A stretch of DNA of 64,000 bases from an uncultured Gammaproteobacteria bacterium (GTDB lineage Bacteria; Pseudomonadota; Gammaproteobacteria; CAKMZV01), in assembly GCA_929200535.1 (NCBI GenBank), contig CAKMZV010000004.1, positions 40,654 through 104,653 on the forward strand, given 5' to 3'. A model generated the notes under the pieces. The model saw only the letters and a list, made by a program, of their open reading frames with translations. It was not told the DNA's origin and searched no databases. Both the position numbers and the translations under genes were made by a program. Below are positions 49,617 through 59,974 of the stretch, piece by piece. The stretch's first letter is position 1, and each line of letters opens with the position of its first letter.

Positions 49617-50966
49617 TTACTGGACGAGATTGAGATCAATCATTTTATTTTCAAAAGGAAAATGGGTAAGGTTTTCATAGCCATTGTCAGTTATTAATAC
49701 TTGGTCTTCTAATTTTACCCCTTCAGTCCCTCCTTCACAGCCAATATATGCCTCAACGCAGATAACCATTCCACTTTCAAGCGGATATTCAAAAGCCCCT
49801 TCACGATAATCTTGAGGGTAGAGGATACTCGGCCATTCATCGCATAATCCTACTCCGTGCATCTTAACGCAATAACGATTTTCTTGGTAAATTTTGGGTA
49901 ATGGTCTGCCACCAAAGGATAATTCTTTCATCGATACTCCAGCTTTTAGCATTTTGCAGTTTTCAGTGATGTGCAAATAAGCCTCGGTATAAAGTTCTTT
50001 TTGTTGTTGGGTTGGTTCGTTATCACCAATAAGCCAAGTGCGTGATATATCAGAGCACATTCCATAGCAACCAACAAGGTCAGTATCAAAAGCAAGCAAT
50101 TCCCCTTCCTGCATTATGCGCGGACCACATTCTTGAAACCACGGATTGGTTCGTGGTCCTGATGCCATAAGTCTGGCTTCAATCCACTCGCCGCCACGCT
50201 TAATATTTTCAGAGTGAAGAATTGCCCAAATGTCATTTTCAGTTATCCCACTTTGAAGATTTTTTTTCATCTCATGCATTGCTTGTTCAGTTGCATATAG
50301 GGAACAACGCATCGCTTTAATTTCTTCTGATTGCTTAATGGAACGAACTTTTTCCATCAATTCTTCACCATCTTGAAGTTCAAACCCTATTTTCTCTAAT
50401 GCCTTATATCCGTCAGGCATAATTTTATCAACGGCAAGGCGTTTGTTTGTTTCACTGTGTTCACGCACAATACTCTCAATTTCACTGACAAAGCGCTTGG
50501 CATCTTTCTTTTTAAAATCACCACTGGCAAAATAAAAAAAACTAGCTCCAGAGCGAGTTTCTCTTATGAGTGGATTAAAGGCAGTGAGTAAATTATTTTT
50601 AAAATCCCACACAATCATATAGCCATCGGCAGAAACAAAGCAGGCACGATATAAATTATGCGTGTTCCATAATTGCATATTTGTAGAGTCGGAAGCATAG
50701 CGGATATTTAAAGGGTCAAACAAAAGAATGCCGGCAAGCTCTCGTTGTTTAATATATTTGCTAAGGCGAGTTAGCCGTTGTTTGCGCATTGTGGGAAGAT
50801 TGGGTATTTCAAGTCCAGCCTTTTGCCATTCTGTAAAAGCTAATTGAGTTGGTCCTATTTCAACTCTATTATTATCATCCGGTGTGAAATCTGGTTTTAA
50901 TTTTTGCGTACTCACTCTATTTGATGGGTCAATTTTCCGTTGTGAAGAATAATGTGAGTTATCCAT
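49617..50966 (-). CDS. M24 family metallopeptidase homolog (creatinase/prolidase N-domain + M24; DddP/ectoine-hydrolase-like)
   Basis: Creatinase-like N-terminal region (LLFDPLNIRYASDS) and a C-terminal M24 fold with Asp/His/Glu metal ligands. Confidence 0.55.
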   Translation of the reverse strand: MDNSHYSSQRKIDPSNRVSTQKLKPDFTPDDNNRVEIGPTQLAFTEWQKAGLEIPNLPTMRKQRLTRLSKYIKQRELAGILLFDPLNIRYASDSTNMQLWNTHNLYRACFVSADGYMIVWDFKNNLLTAFNPLIRETRSGASFFYFASGDFKKKDAKRFVSEIESIVREHSETNKRLAVDKIMPDGYKALEKIGFELQDGEELMEKVRSIKQSEEIKAMRCSLYATEQAMHEMKKNLQSGITENDIWAILHSENIKRGGEWIEARLMASGPRTNPWFQECGPRIMQEGELLAFDTDLVGCYGMCSDISRTWLIGDNEPTQQQKELYTEAYLHITENCKMLKAGVSMKELSFGGRPLPKIYQENRYCVKMHGVGLCDEWPSILYPQDYREGAFEYPLESGMVICVEAYIGCEGGTEGVKLEDQVLITDNGYENLTHFPFENKMIDLNLVQ

Positions 50967-51225
50967 TCTAATTCTCTTAATATTTAAAAAAACAGATGAT
51001 AAAATGCTTTAAAATTTTAATCTACCATCCCTATAATATAATAGTCTATTATATTATCAGGGTGTAATTTATATAAAAAAACTTGCCTTTTAAAAGCAAT
51101 CGGGTTACACTTTTCCAATAGGTTTATTTCTACTTGTTTAGAGTAGATTCTCCTAATATTAGTTTGGCAATACTCTCTGTTGCGTATTGTTGTTTTTATA
51201 ATATATAAAATCAAGGAGTTAGATT

Positions 51226-52212
51226 ATGATGAAGTTTTTTAAATATATAGCCGTACCTTTAGGCTTGATGGTAAGTGCTAATGCTTTTGCTTTAAAAGAG
51301 CTTAATGTGGCATATTTTTTGGAATGGCCGAGTGCTAACCAGGTAGCTCAGGTAGAAAAAACTTATGATGAGCGTATGGGGCTGAAAGTGAACTGGAAGT
51401 CATTTGATAATGGTAATCAGATGGTGCAAGCTATTGCTGCTGGTGATATTGATATTGCGTATTCTAATGGTTTTGTGCCGCAGGTTTTGGGTTATACCAA
51501 AGGAGTGAAAATTAAGGTTGTTGGAGTAGCCATGACTTATGCTGAAAATGACAACTGCGTTGTACATAAAGATGCTGGTATCACCAAGAAGAACGCCAAG
51601 AAATTAGAAGGGAAAAAAGTTGCTTCCCCAATCGGTAATGTAACTCACTTTAAATTGTTAAGAACCCTAAAACACCTTGGTGTTGATGCAAAAAAAGTGA
51701 AAATATTACCATCTTCTAACGCTGATGCTTCTTCAGCTCTTGCCAGAGGTGATGTTGCAATGGCTTGTGGTTTCGGTGGTTCATTGGTACGTATGAAACA
51801 ATATGGTAAAGTGTTAATGACTGGTGCAGAACAAGAAGCTATTGGTCTGAAAGTATTTGATGTTGTTACTGTTGGTAGTAAATTTCTTAAAAAACATCGT
51901 AAAGTAGTCACGCAATTTATGCAAATTACTGAAGATGCGAATTTAGCTTATAACCGCTATCCAGCACGTTTTTATAAAACTTTGTCTAAAGCTTCGGGTA
52001 TGAAAATGGCTGGAACAATTGACACATTAAATAAATTCACATTTTTGACTCGTGCTGAACAGCTAACCAACGATTGGATGCTTGGTGGCATACAAAAATT
52101 TGCGAAAGAGGTTGCGGATTTTTATGTTGAGCAAGGAGAAATACCGAAAGCACTATCAAAAGCGAAGTATAAAAAAATGGTTGATGCTTCAATCCTTGGA
52201 GAAGTTAAGTAA
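51226..52212 (+). CDS. ABC transporter substrate-binding protein, NitT/TauT (taurine/sulfonate) family
   Basis: Signal peptide, about 330 aa. Followed by a TauB-like ATPase and a TauC-like permease. Confidence 0.6.
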   Translation: MMKFFKYIAVPLGLMVSANAFALKELNVAYFLEWPSANQVAQVEKTYDERMGLKVNWKSFDNGNQMVQAIAAGDIDIAYSNGFVPQVLGYTKGVKIKVVGVAMTYAENDNCVVHKDAGITKKNAKKLEGKKVASPIGNVTHFKLLRTLKHLGVDAKKVKILPSSNADASSALARGDVAMACGFGGSLVRMKQYGKVLMTGAEQEAIGLKVFDVVTVGSKFLKKHRKVVTQFMQITEDANLAYNRYPARFYKTLSKASGMKMAGTIDTLNKFTFLTRAEQLTNDWMLGGIQKFAKEVADFYVEQGEIPKALSKAKYKKMVDASILGEVK

Positions 52213-52247
52213 GTTTATCATTTTTTTACTAACATCTTAAATTTAAA

Positions 52248-52277
52248 GGGCAAGAAACTAAATTTCTTGCCCTTTTT
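52248..52277 (+). terminator. intra-operon Rho-independent terminator/attenuator between SBP and ATPase genes
   Basis: GGGCAAGAAA-CTAAA-TTTCTTGCCC 10-bp perfect stem followed by TTTTT. Confidence 0.75.
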
Positions 52278-52312
52278 AGTTGGGGAACTTTCAAAAAATA
52301 AAAAATACAATT

Positions 52313-53122
52313 ATGTCTGGACTTAGCGTACGTGATGTGTCAATGATTTATAATTTGCCAAATGGTGAGGATGTTGAGGCACTAAAGCATTTATCATTTG
52401 AATTAGAACCCGGTGAACTTCTTACTGTTTTAGGTCCTTCTGGGTGCGGTAAAACAACTTTATTGAATATTCTTGCAGGTTTTCTTGCTCCGAGTAGTGG
52501 GAAAATTGATTTTGATGGGAAAGAGGTGCTATCTCCAGATCCACAACGTGGAATGGTATTTCAGCAAGGAGCTCTATTTGAATGGCTAAGTGTTGAACAA
52601 AATGTTGGTTTTGGACCTAAAATGATGGGTCGTAAGCCAAATGAGATAAAAGCAATTGTGGATAAATGGTTATCTATTGTTGGCTTGGCGGATTTTGGGA
52701 AAAAAGCTATTTATGAACTTTCTGGTGGAATGCAACAACGTGTCGCTCTTGCTCGTTGCTTAGCCAACGAACCTGATTTGATTTTGATGGATGAACCGCT
52801 TGGTGCCTTAGATGCACTAACGCGTGAAAAAATGCAAGGACTTATCTTAAAACTGTGGAAGGAAACTGGCAAAACGATTGCATTAATCACGCATAGTGTA
52901 GAAGAGGCTCTGATTTTGGGTAATCGAGTATTTATTATGGCACCGAGGCCAGGGCGTTTAATCAAAGAATATTCTCTCCCTTTTGCCGAACAAGGTTTGG
53001 AAAAAAATACCAGAGAGATTAAAAAACAACCTGACTTTATTGAAGTGAGAGAAGAGATTCTTACAATGATTTGGGATATGGAAGAAGAAATTATGGGAAG
53101 ACAGGAGGGAAATAATGCGTAA
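52313..53122 (+). CDS. ABC transporter ATP-binding protein, NitT/TauT family
   Basis: Walker A GPSGCGKTT, signature LSGGMQQRVALARCL, Walker B ILMDEPLGALD. ATG at 52313 preferred over the track's upstream alternative start, which lies inside the terminator. Confidence 0.8.
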   Translation: MSGLSVRDVSMIYNLPNGEDVEALKHLSFELEPGELLTVLGPSGCGKTTLLNILAGFLAPSSGKIDFDGKEVLSPDPQRGMVFQQGALFEWLSVEQNVGFGPKMMGRKPNEIKAIVDKWLSIVGLADFGKKAIYELSGGMQQRVALARCLANEPDLILMDEPLGALDALTREKMQGLILKLWKETGKTIALITHSVEEALILGNRVFIMAPRPGRLIKEYSLPFAEQGLEKNTREIKKQPDFIEVREEILTMIWDMEEEIMGRQEGNNA

Positions 53123-53966
53123 GATTCTTGATAAATTAGGGTTTACTAATACCAATACAGAACGTAAAACCGTCACTTTTGGGGACGCCTCTGTTGTTTC
53201 AGCACCAGGTGGTCGTGGATGGACTTGGCTATCGGTTGGATTTTTTATTATTCTATGGTGTTTAGCCAGCATTTTTGAATGGATTAATCCTATTTTTTGG
53301 CCTCCTATAGGTGCTGTATGGGAGCAATTTGTTTTTATCTTTACAGAAGGCTATAGAAACTTTACCTTACTGGAACATATTGGCTTAAGTTTATACCGTG
53401 TATTAATGGGGTTTTTTATTGGTTGTCTCGTTGGCATTCCTTTAGGATTTGCTTTGGCTCTTTCACGGGTTATGAATCGCCTCTTTGATCCGATTGTGGA
53501 ATTTTTTAGACCAATGCCACCACTTGCACTAATTCCTCTTGTTATATTATGGCTTGGAATTGGTGAAAGTGCGAAAATTTTTCTTCTTTTTCTTGCGGCT
53601 GTGTGGATTATGGCATTGGCAACACGCTCAGGAGCTTTAGCGACTAAAATCTCAAAAATTCATGCCGCTTACACCTTAAATGCTAATAAAAAGCAAATTT
53701 TATTTCGGGTTATTCTTCCTAATGCTTTACCTGAAATTTTCACTGGTATGCGAGTTTGTATGGGAGTTTGTTGGGGTACCGTGGTGGCAGCTGAATTAGT
53801 TGCTGCTGAAGCTGGTGTTGGTATGATGATTATGGTTGCCAGTAAATTCCTCTCCACCGATATTGTGGTGCTTGGGATTATTTTAATCGGTGTTGTTGCC
53901 TATGCTATTGATGTGGTAATGCGCTATTTAGAAGCTAAATTAATTCCTTGGCGCGGTAAATCATAA
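53115..53966 (+). CDS. ABC transporter permease, NitT/TauT family
   Basis: Six TM segments with the EAA-like loop of BPD-type permeases. Overlaps the ATPase stop. Confidence 0.7.
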   Translation: MRKILDKLGFTNTNTERKTVTFGDASVVSAPGGRGWTWLSVGFFIILWCLASIFEWINPIFWPPIGAVWEQFVFIFTEGYRNFTLLEHIGLSLYRVLMGFFIGCLVGIPLGFALALSRVMNRLFDPIVEFFRPMPPLALIPLVILWLGIGESAKIFLLFLAAVWIMALATRSGALATKISKIHAAYTLNANKKQILFRVILPNALPEIFTGMRVCMGVCWGTVVAAELVAAEAGVGMMIMVASKFLSTDIVVLGIILIGVVAYAIDVVMRYLEAKLIPWRGKS

Positions 53967-53987
53967 ATTGATTCTAAGCTCCCTTTA

Positions 53988-54527
53988 TTAAATGTGGGGT
54001 GATGTTTTAGGTCTAAAGGCTTTGCAAAAACTATCGTTAGTTTTTATAATAGGACCTTCCATGAGTTCAATGCAATAAGGAATAGCAGGGAAAATAGCCT
54101 CTAAAGATTCTCCAATTGCTTTGGGACTTCCTGGTAAGTTTACAATAAGAGTTTTTTCACAAATGCCAGCCGTTTGGCGTGAAAGAATTGCCGTTGGAAC
54201 GTATTGAAGTGAATGTGCTCTCATTAGTTCACCAAAACCCGGCATTAGTTTTTCGCATACTTTCTCTGTCACTTCTGGCGTAACATCTCTTTTTGCAGGT
54301 CCTGTGCCTCCTGTGGTGAAAATGAGGCTACATTCGTCTTTTATTAGTGAACGTAGCGTTTTTTCAATCACCTCTTTATCATCAGCTATGAGGCGATAAT
54401 CATCTATCCATGGTGTTTGAATTGCATTATTTAACCAACTTTTTAACGCAGGACCACTAAGATCTTCATAAATTCCTTGAGAAGCCCGATCTGAAATGGT
54501 AACAATGCCAACCTTACAGCGAATCAT
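53988..54527 (-). CDS. mogA: molybdopterin adenylyltransferase MogA (MoaB/MogA family)
   Basis: VGIVTISDRAS...TTGGTGPAKRDVTPE..., aligning along its length with the MoaB/MogA family. Confidence 0.8.
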   Translation of the reverse strand: MIRCKVGIVTISDRASQGIYEDLSGPALKSWLNNAIQTPWIDDYRLIADDKEVIEKTLRSLIKDECSLIFTTGGTGPAKRDVTPEVTEKVCEKLMPGFGELMRAHSLQYVPTAILSRQTAGICEKTLIVNLPGSPKAIGESLEAIFPAIPYCIELMEGPIIKTNDSFCKAFRPKTSPHI

Positions 54528-55744
54528 TAAATTTTCAAATGTGCTAATAAGTCTGTATTAGGATAACCATCCGGAATGAGGTTATGTTCAAGTTGATAGC
54601 GAATAATCGCTTTCCTAGTTTGTTTCCCTATAATGCCATCGGGTTTTCCTGCTTCATAATTTAGAAGATTAAGTTTGGTTTGTAATTTTCTAATTTGCGT
54701 TCTATTAGGATGATTTTGATTCCAATCACGTAAAGATAAATCCGAGATGGAATAGCGATTGATTATTAAATCAGAAAGAATACCTACTGAAAGGGCATAT
54801 TTGATAGAGTTATTCCATCTCATAATCACATGAAAATTATCAAAAACCATAAAAGCTGGACCATTATGCCCCATCGGGGTCACAATAGAAGCCTTATGTT
54901 GAAAACGATTTGAAGGAGTAATGCCATCACTAAACTCAACGCCTTGTTTTACCCATTCAGCAACAGGGAGAGTCCATTCTAAACCAATTTTTCGCCAGTC
55001 TAATGTTGATGGTAAAATGACTTGTTTGCCCCAAATTTGACTTTCATTCCAAGTGAGTTTATTAAGATAATTTCCCATTGAAAAAAAGACATCGTTTAGA
55101 TTATTCCATAAATCAATTTTTCCATCCTTATTACCATCTACGGCATAATTGATAAATGTTGAGGGCATAAATTGTGGATGTCCCATAGCACCAGCCCAAG
55201 AACCTAAAAATGATTGGTGTTTGATATGTGGATTTTGATGTAGAATTTTTAGGGCAAAATAAAGCTGTTCAGTAAATAGTTTTTCTCGTCTACCATCATA
55301 GGCAAGGGTAGATAATGAACGAAGAATATTTTTATTTCCAATATAGTTGCCATGATTAGTTTCTAATGACCAAAAAGAAATGATTATTTGGGGTGGTATG
55401 CCATAGCTTTCTTGGGTTTTTTGAAGTAGTTTTTGGTGAGTTTTAAAGTATTTTTTTCCTTGGTTTATTCTTTTTTTGTTTAATCTTTGAGAAAGATATT
55501 CTCCTAATGAAAATATAGCTTCAGGTTGATTATTGTCGAGTCTAATTATTTCTGGATCTAAAGTAATAGCAGTAAGTTTCTCTTTTAGAAATTGCTTCGG
55601 GATGTCCCCGTGTTGATGAAATTTTTGGATGGTATTTTCTTTCCATTGAGCAAAAGTTATTTTGTTAGCGGTCACTGATGTACTCGCAATCATAAGAATG
55701 ATTAAACAACTTCTGAGGGAGAAAAAATGGTGTAAAACTAACAT
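54527..55744 (-). CDS. mltB: lytic murein transglycosylase B family with C-terminal peptidoglycan-binding domain
   Basis: MltB-like catalytic region, plus a C-terminal PG_binding_1 motif (DGIIGKQTRKAIIRYQLEHNLIPDG). Confidence 0.7.
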   Translation of the reverse strand: MLVLHHFFSLRSCLIILMIASTSVTANKITFAQWKENTIQKFHQHGDIPKQFLKEKLTAITLDPEIIRLDNNQPEAIFSLGEYLSQRLNKKRINQGKKYFKTHQKLLQKTQESYGIPPQIIISFWSLETNHGNYIGNKNILRSLSTLAYDGRREKLFTEQLYFALKILHQNPHIKHQSFLGSWAGAMGHPQFMPSTFINYAVDGNKDGKIDLWNNLNDVFFSMGNYLNKLTWNESQIWGKQVILPSTLDWRKIGLEWTLPVAEWVKQGVEFSDGITPSNRFQHKASIVTPMGHNGPAFMVFDNFHVIMRWNNSIKYALSVGILSDLIINRYSISDLSLRDWNQNHPNRTQIRKLQTKLNLLNYEAGKPDGIIGKQTRKAIIRYQLEHNLIPDGYPNTDLLAHLKI

Positions 55745-55816
55745 TATTTACTATTTCGAATTATCTAAAATTCAGGGAATCAATTATAGTGAAATTTTAT
55801 AGACAGATTCAATGGG

Positions 55817-56149
55817 CTATTGAATTGGTGCTTGTGAGGCATAGAAAGCAGCCAAATCTTTAATATCTTGCTCGCTAAGTGCTGCAGCCATTGGCTGCAT
55901 AGTTGGAGCTTTTCGATCACCATTTTTATAAGCTTTTAATGCGATTTCTAAGTAAAGAGCGTGTTGTCCAGCTAAGTTGGGGAAATTTGGTATAAGACTA
56001 TTACCACTAACTCCATGACAGGCTACACAAGTACTTGATTTAGCTTTGCCTCTGATTGGATCTCCTTTTTCCACAGAAAATGTAGGATTTGCAAAAAGTA
56101 GCAATGCGATACACCCAATAAATTGAAGGTTTGAATTTTTTTGTTTCAT
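55817..56149 (-). CDS. periplasmic cytochrome c (class I, c552-like)
   Basis: Signal peptide. CVACHG heme motif with downstream Met ligand (APTMQPM). Confidence 0.7.
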   Translation of the reverse strand: MKQKNSNLQFIGCIALLLFANPTFSVEKGDPIRGKAKSSTCVACHGVSGNSLIPNFPNLAGQHALYLEIALKAYKNGDRKAPTMQPMAAALSEQDIKDLAAFYASQAPIQ

Positions 56150-56317
56150 ATATTTTCGCTATGAATAGTTTAAAATTGTTTGAGAGTGCTGTATAAAGAG
56201 ATAGTAATAGGAAAACGATAATTTTTTTATATTGCCAATGTTTCAGTTTATAAATATCTCCCTAACTAAAGTAATTCTACCTCAAATTTTTGTTTAAATA
56301 GCCATACCAAAAGTAAA

Positions 56318-57322
56318 ATGAATAATAAAACGCTAACCTTTGATGAAGTCTATAGTCTCGCTTATGACACTTTACATTCGTATAATTGCAATCAAAAGCA
56401 TGCCGAAGCGGTTGCTCGAACAATTGTTTTGGCGGAACAAAATGGTAGCCACTCGCATGGATTATTTCGCTTGCCCGGTTACGTTGCGACATTAAAAAGC
56501 CTAAAAGTAAAAGGGGCTGCAAACCCAACAACCAAGGCACTTACTCCTTGTATAGTGCAGGTGAATGGTGATAATTGCTTTGCACCGTACGCACTTGAGG
56601 CTTCAAGAGAACAATTTATTGAAGCGACAAAAACCTGCGGAATTGCCGCTCTTTCTTTAACTAAAGTGCATCATTTTTCCTCATTATGGATTGAAATTGA
56701 AGCACTAACCCAACATAATTTATGTGCGATGGCATTTACCGCATATATGCCGAGTGTGGCACCTGCAGGCAGTAGCAAACCTTTTTTTGGTACTAACCCG
56801 ATGGCTTTTGGGTGGCCGCGCAAAGATAAGCCCCCTATGATTTTTGATCAGGCAACGGCAACAATGGCAAGAGGTGATGTAATGATTGCTGCTCGTGATG
56901 GAAAAACATTGCCACTGGGAGTTGGAGTTGATGCCAATGGTAATGACACCACAGACCCCAATGAAATTTTAAATGGTGGTTGCTTATTACCCTTTGGAGG
57001 TTACAAAGGCTCCAATATTGGATTAATGATTGAATTACTTGTTGGTCCTTTATTAGGTGAGCGCGCGAGTGTAGAAGCTGCAAAATTGGATAATAAAGAC
57101 GGTGGACCTCCACAGGGGGGAGAGTTAATCATTGCAATTGATCCCACTAAATTTGGCAGTGCTGAAGATCCCTTTGCTCATGCTGAAAGATTATTTTCTG
57201 AATTGCTCTCTCATGATGGCGTTCATCTCCCTGGTATGCGTCGTTACAAGCATCGTAACGATAGTGCTAACAGCACCCTCTCTATTCCTGAAGAGAGGTA
57301 TCAACAGCTTATTAATTTATAA
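56318..57322 (+). CDS. Ldh_2 family (malate/L-sulfolactate dehydrogenase-like) NAD(P)H oxidoreductase
   Basis: About 334 aa with HSHGLFRLPGY and other conserved Ldh_2-family blocks. Confidence 0.6.
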   Translation: MNNKTLTFDEVYSLAYDTLHSYNCNQKHAEAVARTIVLAEQNGSHSHGLFRLPGYVATLKSLKVKGAANPTTKALTPCIVQVNGDNCFAPYALEASREQFIEATKTCGIAALSLTKVHHFSSLWIEIEALTQHNLCAMAFTAYMPSVAPAGSSKPFFGTNPMAFGWPRKDKPPMIFDQATATMARGDVMIAARDGKTLPLGVGVDANGNDTTDPNEILNGGCLLPFGGYKGSNIGLMIELLVGPLLGERASVEAAKLDNKDGGPPQGGELIIAIDPTKFGSAEDPFAHAERLFSELLSHDGVHLPGMRRYKHRNDSANSTLSIPEERYQQLINL

Positions 57323-57341
57323 GCAACGCAAACCTTTTTCT

Positions 57342-57971
57342 TTAGTAGGTAACACTAATCCCAAGCAAGATAAAAGTTGTTCCAGTGAGTATTTGTTGGG
57401 TTTTTCTAAAGGTTGCATTGTGTTTGATAAGGGTTCCTATTTTGCCTGCAAATAAGGCAACAAAGGTATAGACTATCACAGCGGCAAGGCTTTGTATTGT
57501 TCCCAGAATCAATAATTGTAATTCGGAGTTTTTTAGTGAGGTATCAATAAATTGTGGGATAAAGGAAATATAGTATAAACCTGCTTTGGGGTTGAGCATC
57601 GTAGTGATAAAGCCTTGTCTATAGGCTTTCATTTTTTTTATTGAGCTTTTTTGAGTATCATTTTTAGTAAAAGATTTAGCGTAATTTTTATCTAAAAAAA
57701 CCGCAATGCCGAGATAGATTAAATAACTTGCCCCAAGGTATTTAATAATGGAGAAGGCAAGTTCTGAAGTGGCTAATAAGGCGGATACACCAAGTACGGC
57801 ACACAGAGTATAGATAAGACCGCCCGAGCCAATCCCTAAAGTGGTGATAATACCATTTTGTGTGCCGTAAATAATTGAGCGTGAGAGCACAAAAATAAAA
57901 TTAGGACCAGGGCTTGCACCGAAAAGAAAGGCAATGCCCGTAAAAAGAAGAAGTGTTTCCGTGCTAGGCAA
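57342..57971 (-). CDS. LysE/RhtB family amino-acid efflux protein
   Basis: About 209 aa, 6 TM. N-terminal motif (FLFGASPGPNFIFVL), typical of the LysE superfamily. Confidence 0.7.
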   Translation of the reverse strand: MPSTETLLLFTGIAFLFGASPGPNFIFVLSRSIIYGTQNGIITTLGIGSGGLIYTLCAVLGVSALLATSELAFSIIKYLGASYLIYLGIAVFLDKNYAKSFTKNDTQKSSIKKMKAYRQGFITTMLNPKAGLYYISFIPQFIDTSLKNSELQLLILGTIQSLAAVIVYTFVALFAGKIGTLIKHNATFRKTQQILTGTTFILLGISVTY

Positions 57972-57979
57972 TAGATAGA

Positions 57980-59059
57980 CTATTTCTTGATTAGGTCAGA
58001 TAAAAAGCTACGTATTCTTTTTTTGATGTCATTGCAATATATTTTTGTACTTTGACAATCAGCCCATAAGTTATGTCCAATTCCACCCAGTAGATGTGTT
58101 TTTGTTAATACCCCTGATGTTAAGGCTTTTTCAAAAATTTCCTCCGATCCGTAAGTGACTAAATATCCTGATTCTTCTATTATCCCTTTACCAATAGGAA
58201 CAGTGGTGTCAGAATCTCCAGAAATATTATAAATTGGAGGTATCCCAGCCTTAATAATATCTAAATCGCCAACAGCACCGGCAATATTTACAATCCCTTT
58301 AATTTTATTAATGGTAGTATAAGTTTTGTTACCATCATTATCTCCCTCGATTGTGCCTCGAGCAGTAATATAATTGCTAACAAAATCAGCAGGAATAGAT
58401 AAGTGAGTAGTAGGACTACTCACAATATTAGATTGTGAATTACTGGTAGAATTAGTTATTCCAGTATTCAGTGCGGTAAAAGCTCCTGCTGAATAACCTG
58501 CTACGAAGATGTTATCTACATCAATTTTATAAGTGTTTGCGTTATCGTTATCTGCCAAAAAATAACGAATAGCGGCACGCATATCACTCATTGCATCAAT
58601 TGCGGCAATCACAGAAAGCGATGCTGTAGTAACTTGAGTGGAATTAGGCAAATGTAAGCGATTAGCGAAATCTAAGTTGGTACGTGCGTCGGGAATAAGT
58701 CGGTAATTTATGGAGGCTAATACATAACCTGATTTAGCGAAAAATTCACCTATTCCATTGTTAGAACTATCTGCTTCGTCTTTGTCGCCAAATACAAAAA
58801 AACCGCCATGGGCATAAATGATAAGCGGACGGGCAGATCGACTATCTTCACTTGGAGGTTGGTAAATATCCATCGCATAAGTTTGAGTGGTGCCATCTAT
58901 AGTGAGGCTCTTGCCATAATTAACTGTTGTTGTGGTGTATGTGTTGAAAGCAAAGTCATTGTTTGTTGTTGGTGTAGAGTCATTACTACTGCTACCACAA
59001 GCATTTAAAAACAACAGCATTAAAAAATATACAATAATTTTATAGTTTCTCTTTAGCAT
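57980..59059 (-). CDS. alpha/beta-hydrolase lipoprotein (esterase/lipase)
   Basis: Lipobox (LFLNACGSS), oxyanion HGGFF motif, nucleophile elbow GYSAGA. Confidence 0.65.
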   Translation of the reverse strand: MLKRNYKIIVYFLMLLFLNACGSSSNDSTPTTNNDFAFNTYTTTTVNYGKSLTIDGTTQTYAMDIYQPPSEDSRSARPLIIYAHGGFFVFGDKDEADSSNNGIGEFFAKSGYVLASINYRLIPDARTNLDFANRLHLPNSTQVTTASLSVIAAIDAMSDMRAAIRYFLADNDNANTYKIDVDNIFVAGYSAGAFTALNTGITNSTSNSQSNIVSSPTTHLSIPADFVSNYITARGTIEGDNDGNKTYTTINKIKGIVNIAGAVGDLDIIKAGIPPIYNISGDSDTTVPIGKGIIEESGYLVTYGSEEIFEKALTSGVLTKTHLLGGIGHNLWADCQSTKIYCNDIKKRIRSFLSDLIKK

Positions 59060-59075
59060 TTTAATTTCCTATTTT

Positions 59076-59960
59076 TTAGAGTTTCAATTTGCTTCTATCT
59101 ATTGATTGATAGAAATTATCTCGAGCTTCTTTTGATTGGAGAAATAACTCTTCTATTGTACCACTTCTTTTTTCTTGTACGAGACTTTTTAATTTTTGTA
59201 GGTCGTTGATATAGTCATCCAAGGCGTTGGTAATTTCTGTGGGGTTTGTTAGGCAAATATCGTGCCACATTTTTGGGTTGCTTGAGGCGATTCGGGTGAA
59301 ATCCTTAAAGCCACCAGCTGACCACTGAAAACAAGAGTCTCCATCACGTTCGTATTGTCCAGCAACAAGAGCAAAAGAAAGAAGATGGGGGAGGTGACTG
59401 ACTTTGCTGAGAATAGCATCATGCTTACAAGCAGTCATCGTATAGATTTTTGCGTTACACATTTGCCAAAGTTTGCTGGCGTAGTTAATTTTTTCTACAC
59501 AAGTTTCTTCGTCTGGAGTAATAATAACCCGTTTATTTTCAAATAAATGAGGGTCAGCAACTTCAGGACCTGTACGTTCTAAGCCAGCGATAGGGTGGCA
59601 TGGCACAAAATAAGTGGCGTTTTCTTTCCAAGATTTTTTGGCAACTTGTAGCACAAAATTTTTGACGCTACCGGCATCAATAATCAACTGATCTTTATGT
59701 GGGGGAGGGCTGTTTTGGATTATTTTTTCCATCACAAGTAAAGGCGTTGCCAGAAGAATAACATCGGCAACTTGAAAAATTTCTTCAAGTGAAGCAGTTT
59801 CATCAATGTGTCCAAGCTCTTTTGCTTTTTCCGAACTTTTTCCTGCACTATAGCCAAGAATGCGTGAAAATTCGTGTGGATGATTTTGCCTAAGAGCAGC
59901 TGCGAATGAACAACCGATCATTCCAGTACCAACAATAGCTAAGGTTTTTGGAGTAGTCAT
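59076..59960 (-). CDS. tyrA: prephenate/arogenate dehydrogenase
   Basis: N-terminal Rossmann motif (IVGTGMIGCSFA). About 294 aa. Sits in the serC-pheA-hisC-tyrA cluster. Confidence 0.75.
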   Translation of the reverse strand: MTTPKTLAIVGTGMIGCSFAAALRQNHPHEFSRILGYSAGKSSEKAKELGHIDETASLEEIFQVADVILLATPLLVMEKIIQNSPPPHKDQLIIDAGSVKNFVLQVAKKSWKENATYFVPCHPIAGLERTGPEVADPHLFENKRVIITPDEETCVEKINYASKLWQMCNAKIYTMTACKHDAILSKVSHLPHLLSFALVAGQYERDGDSCFQWSAGGFKDFTRIASSNPKMWHDICLTNPTEITNALDDYINDLQKLKSLVQEKRSGTIEELFLQSKEARDNFYQSIDRSKLKL

Positions 59961-59974
59961 AGAGTATTCGTTTA

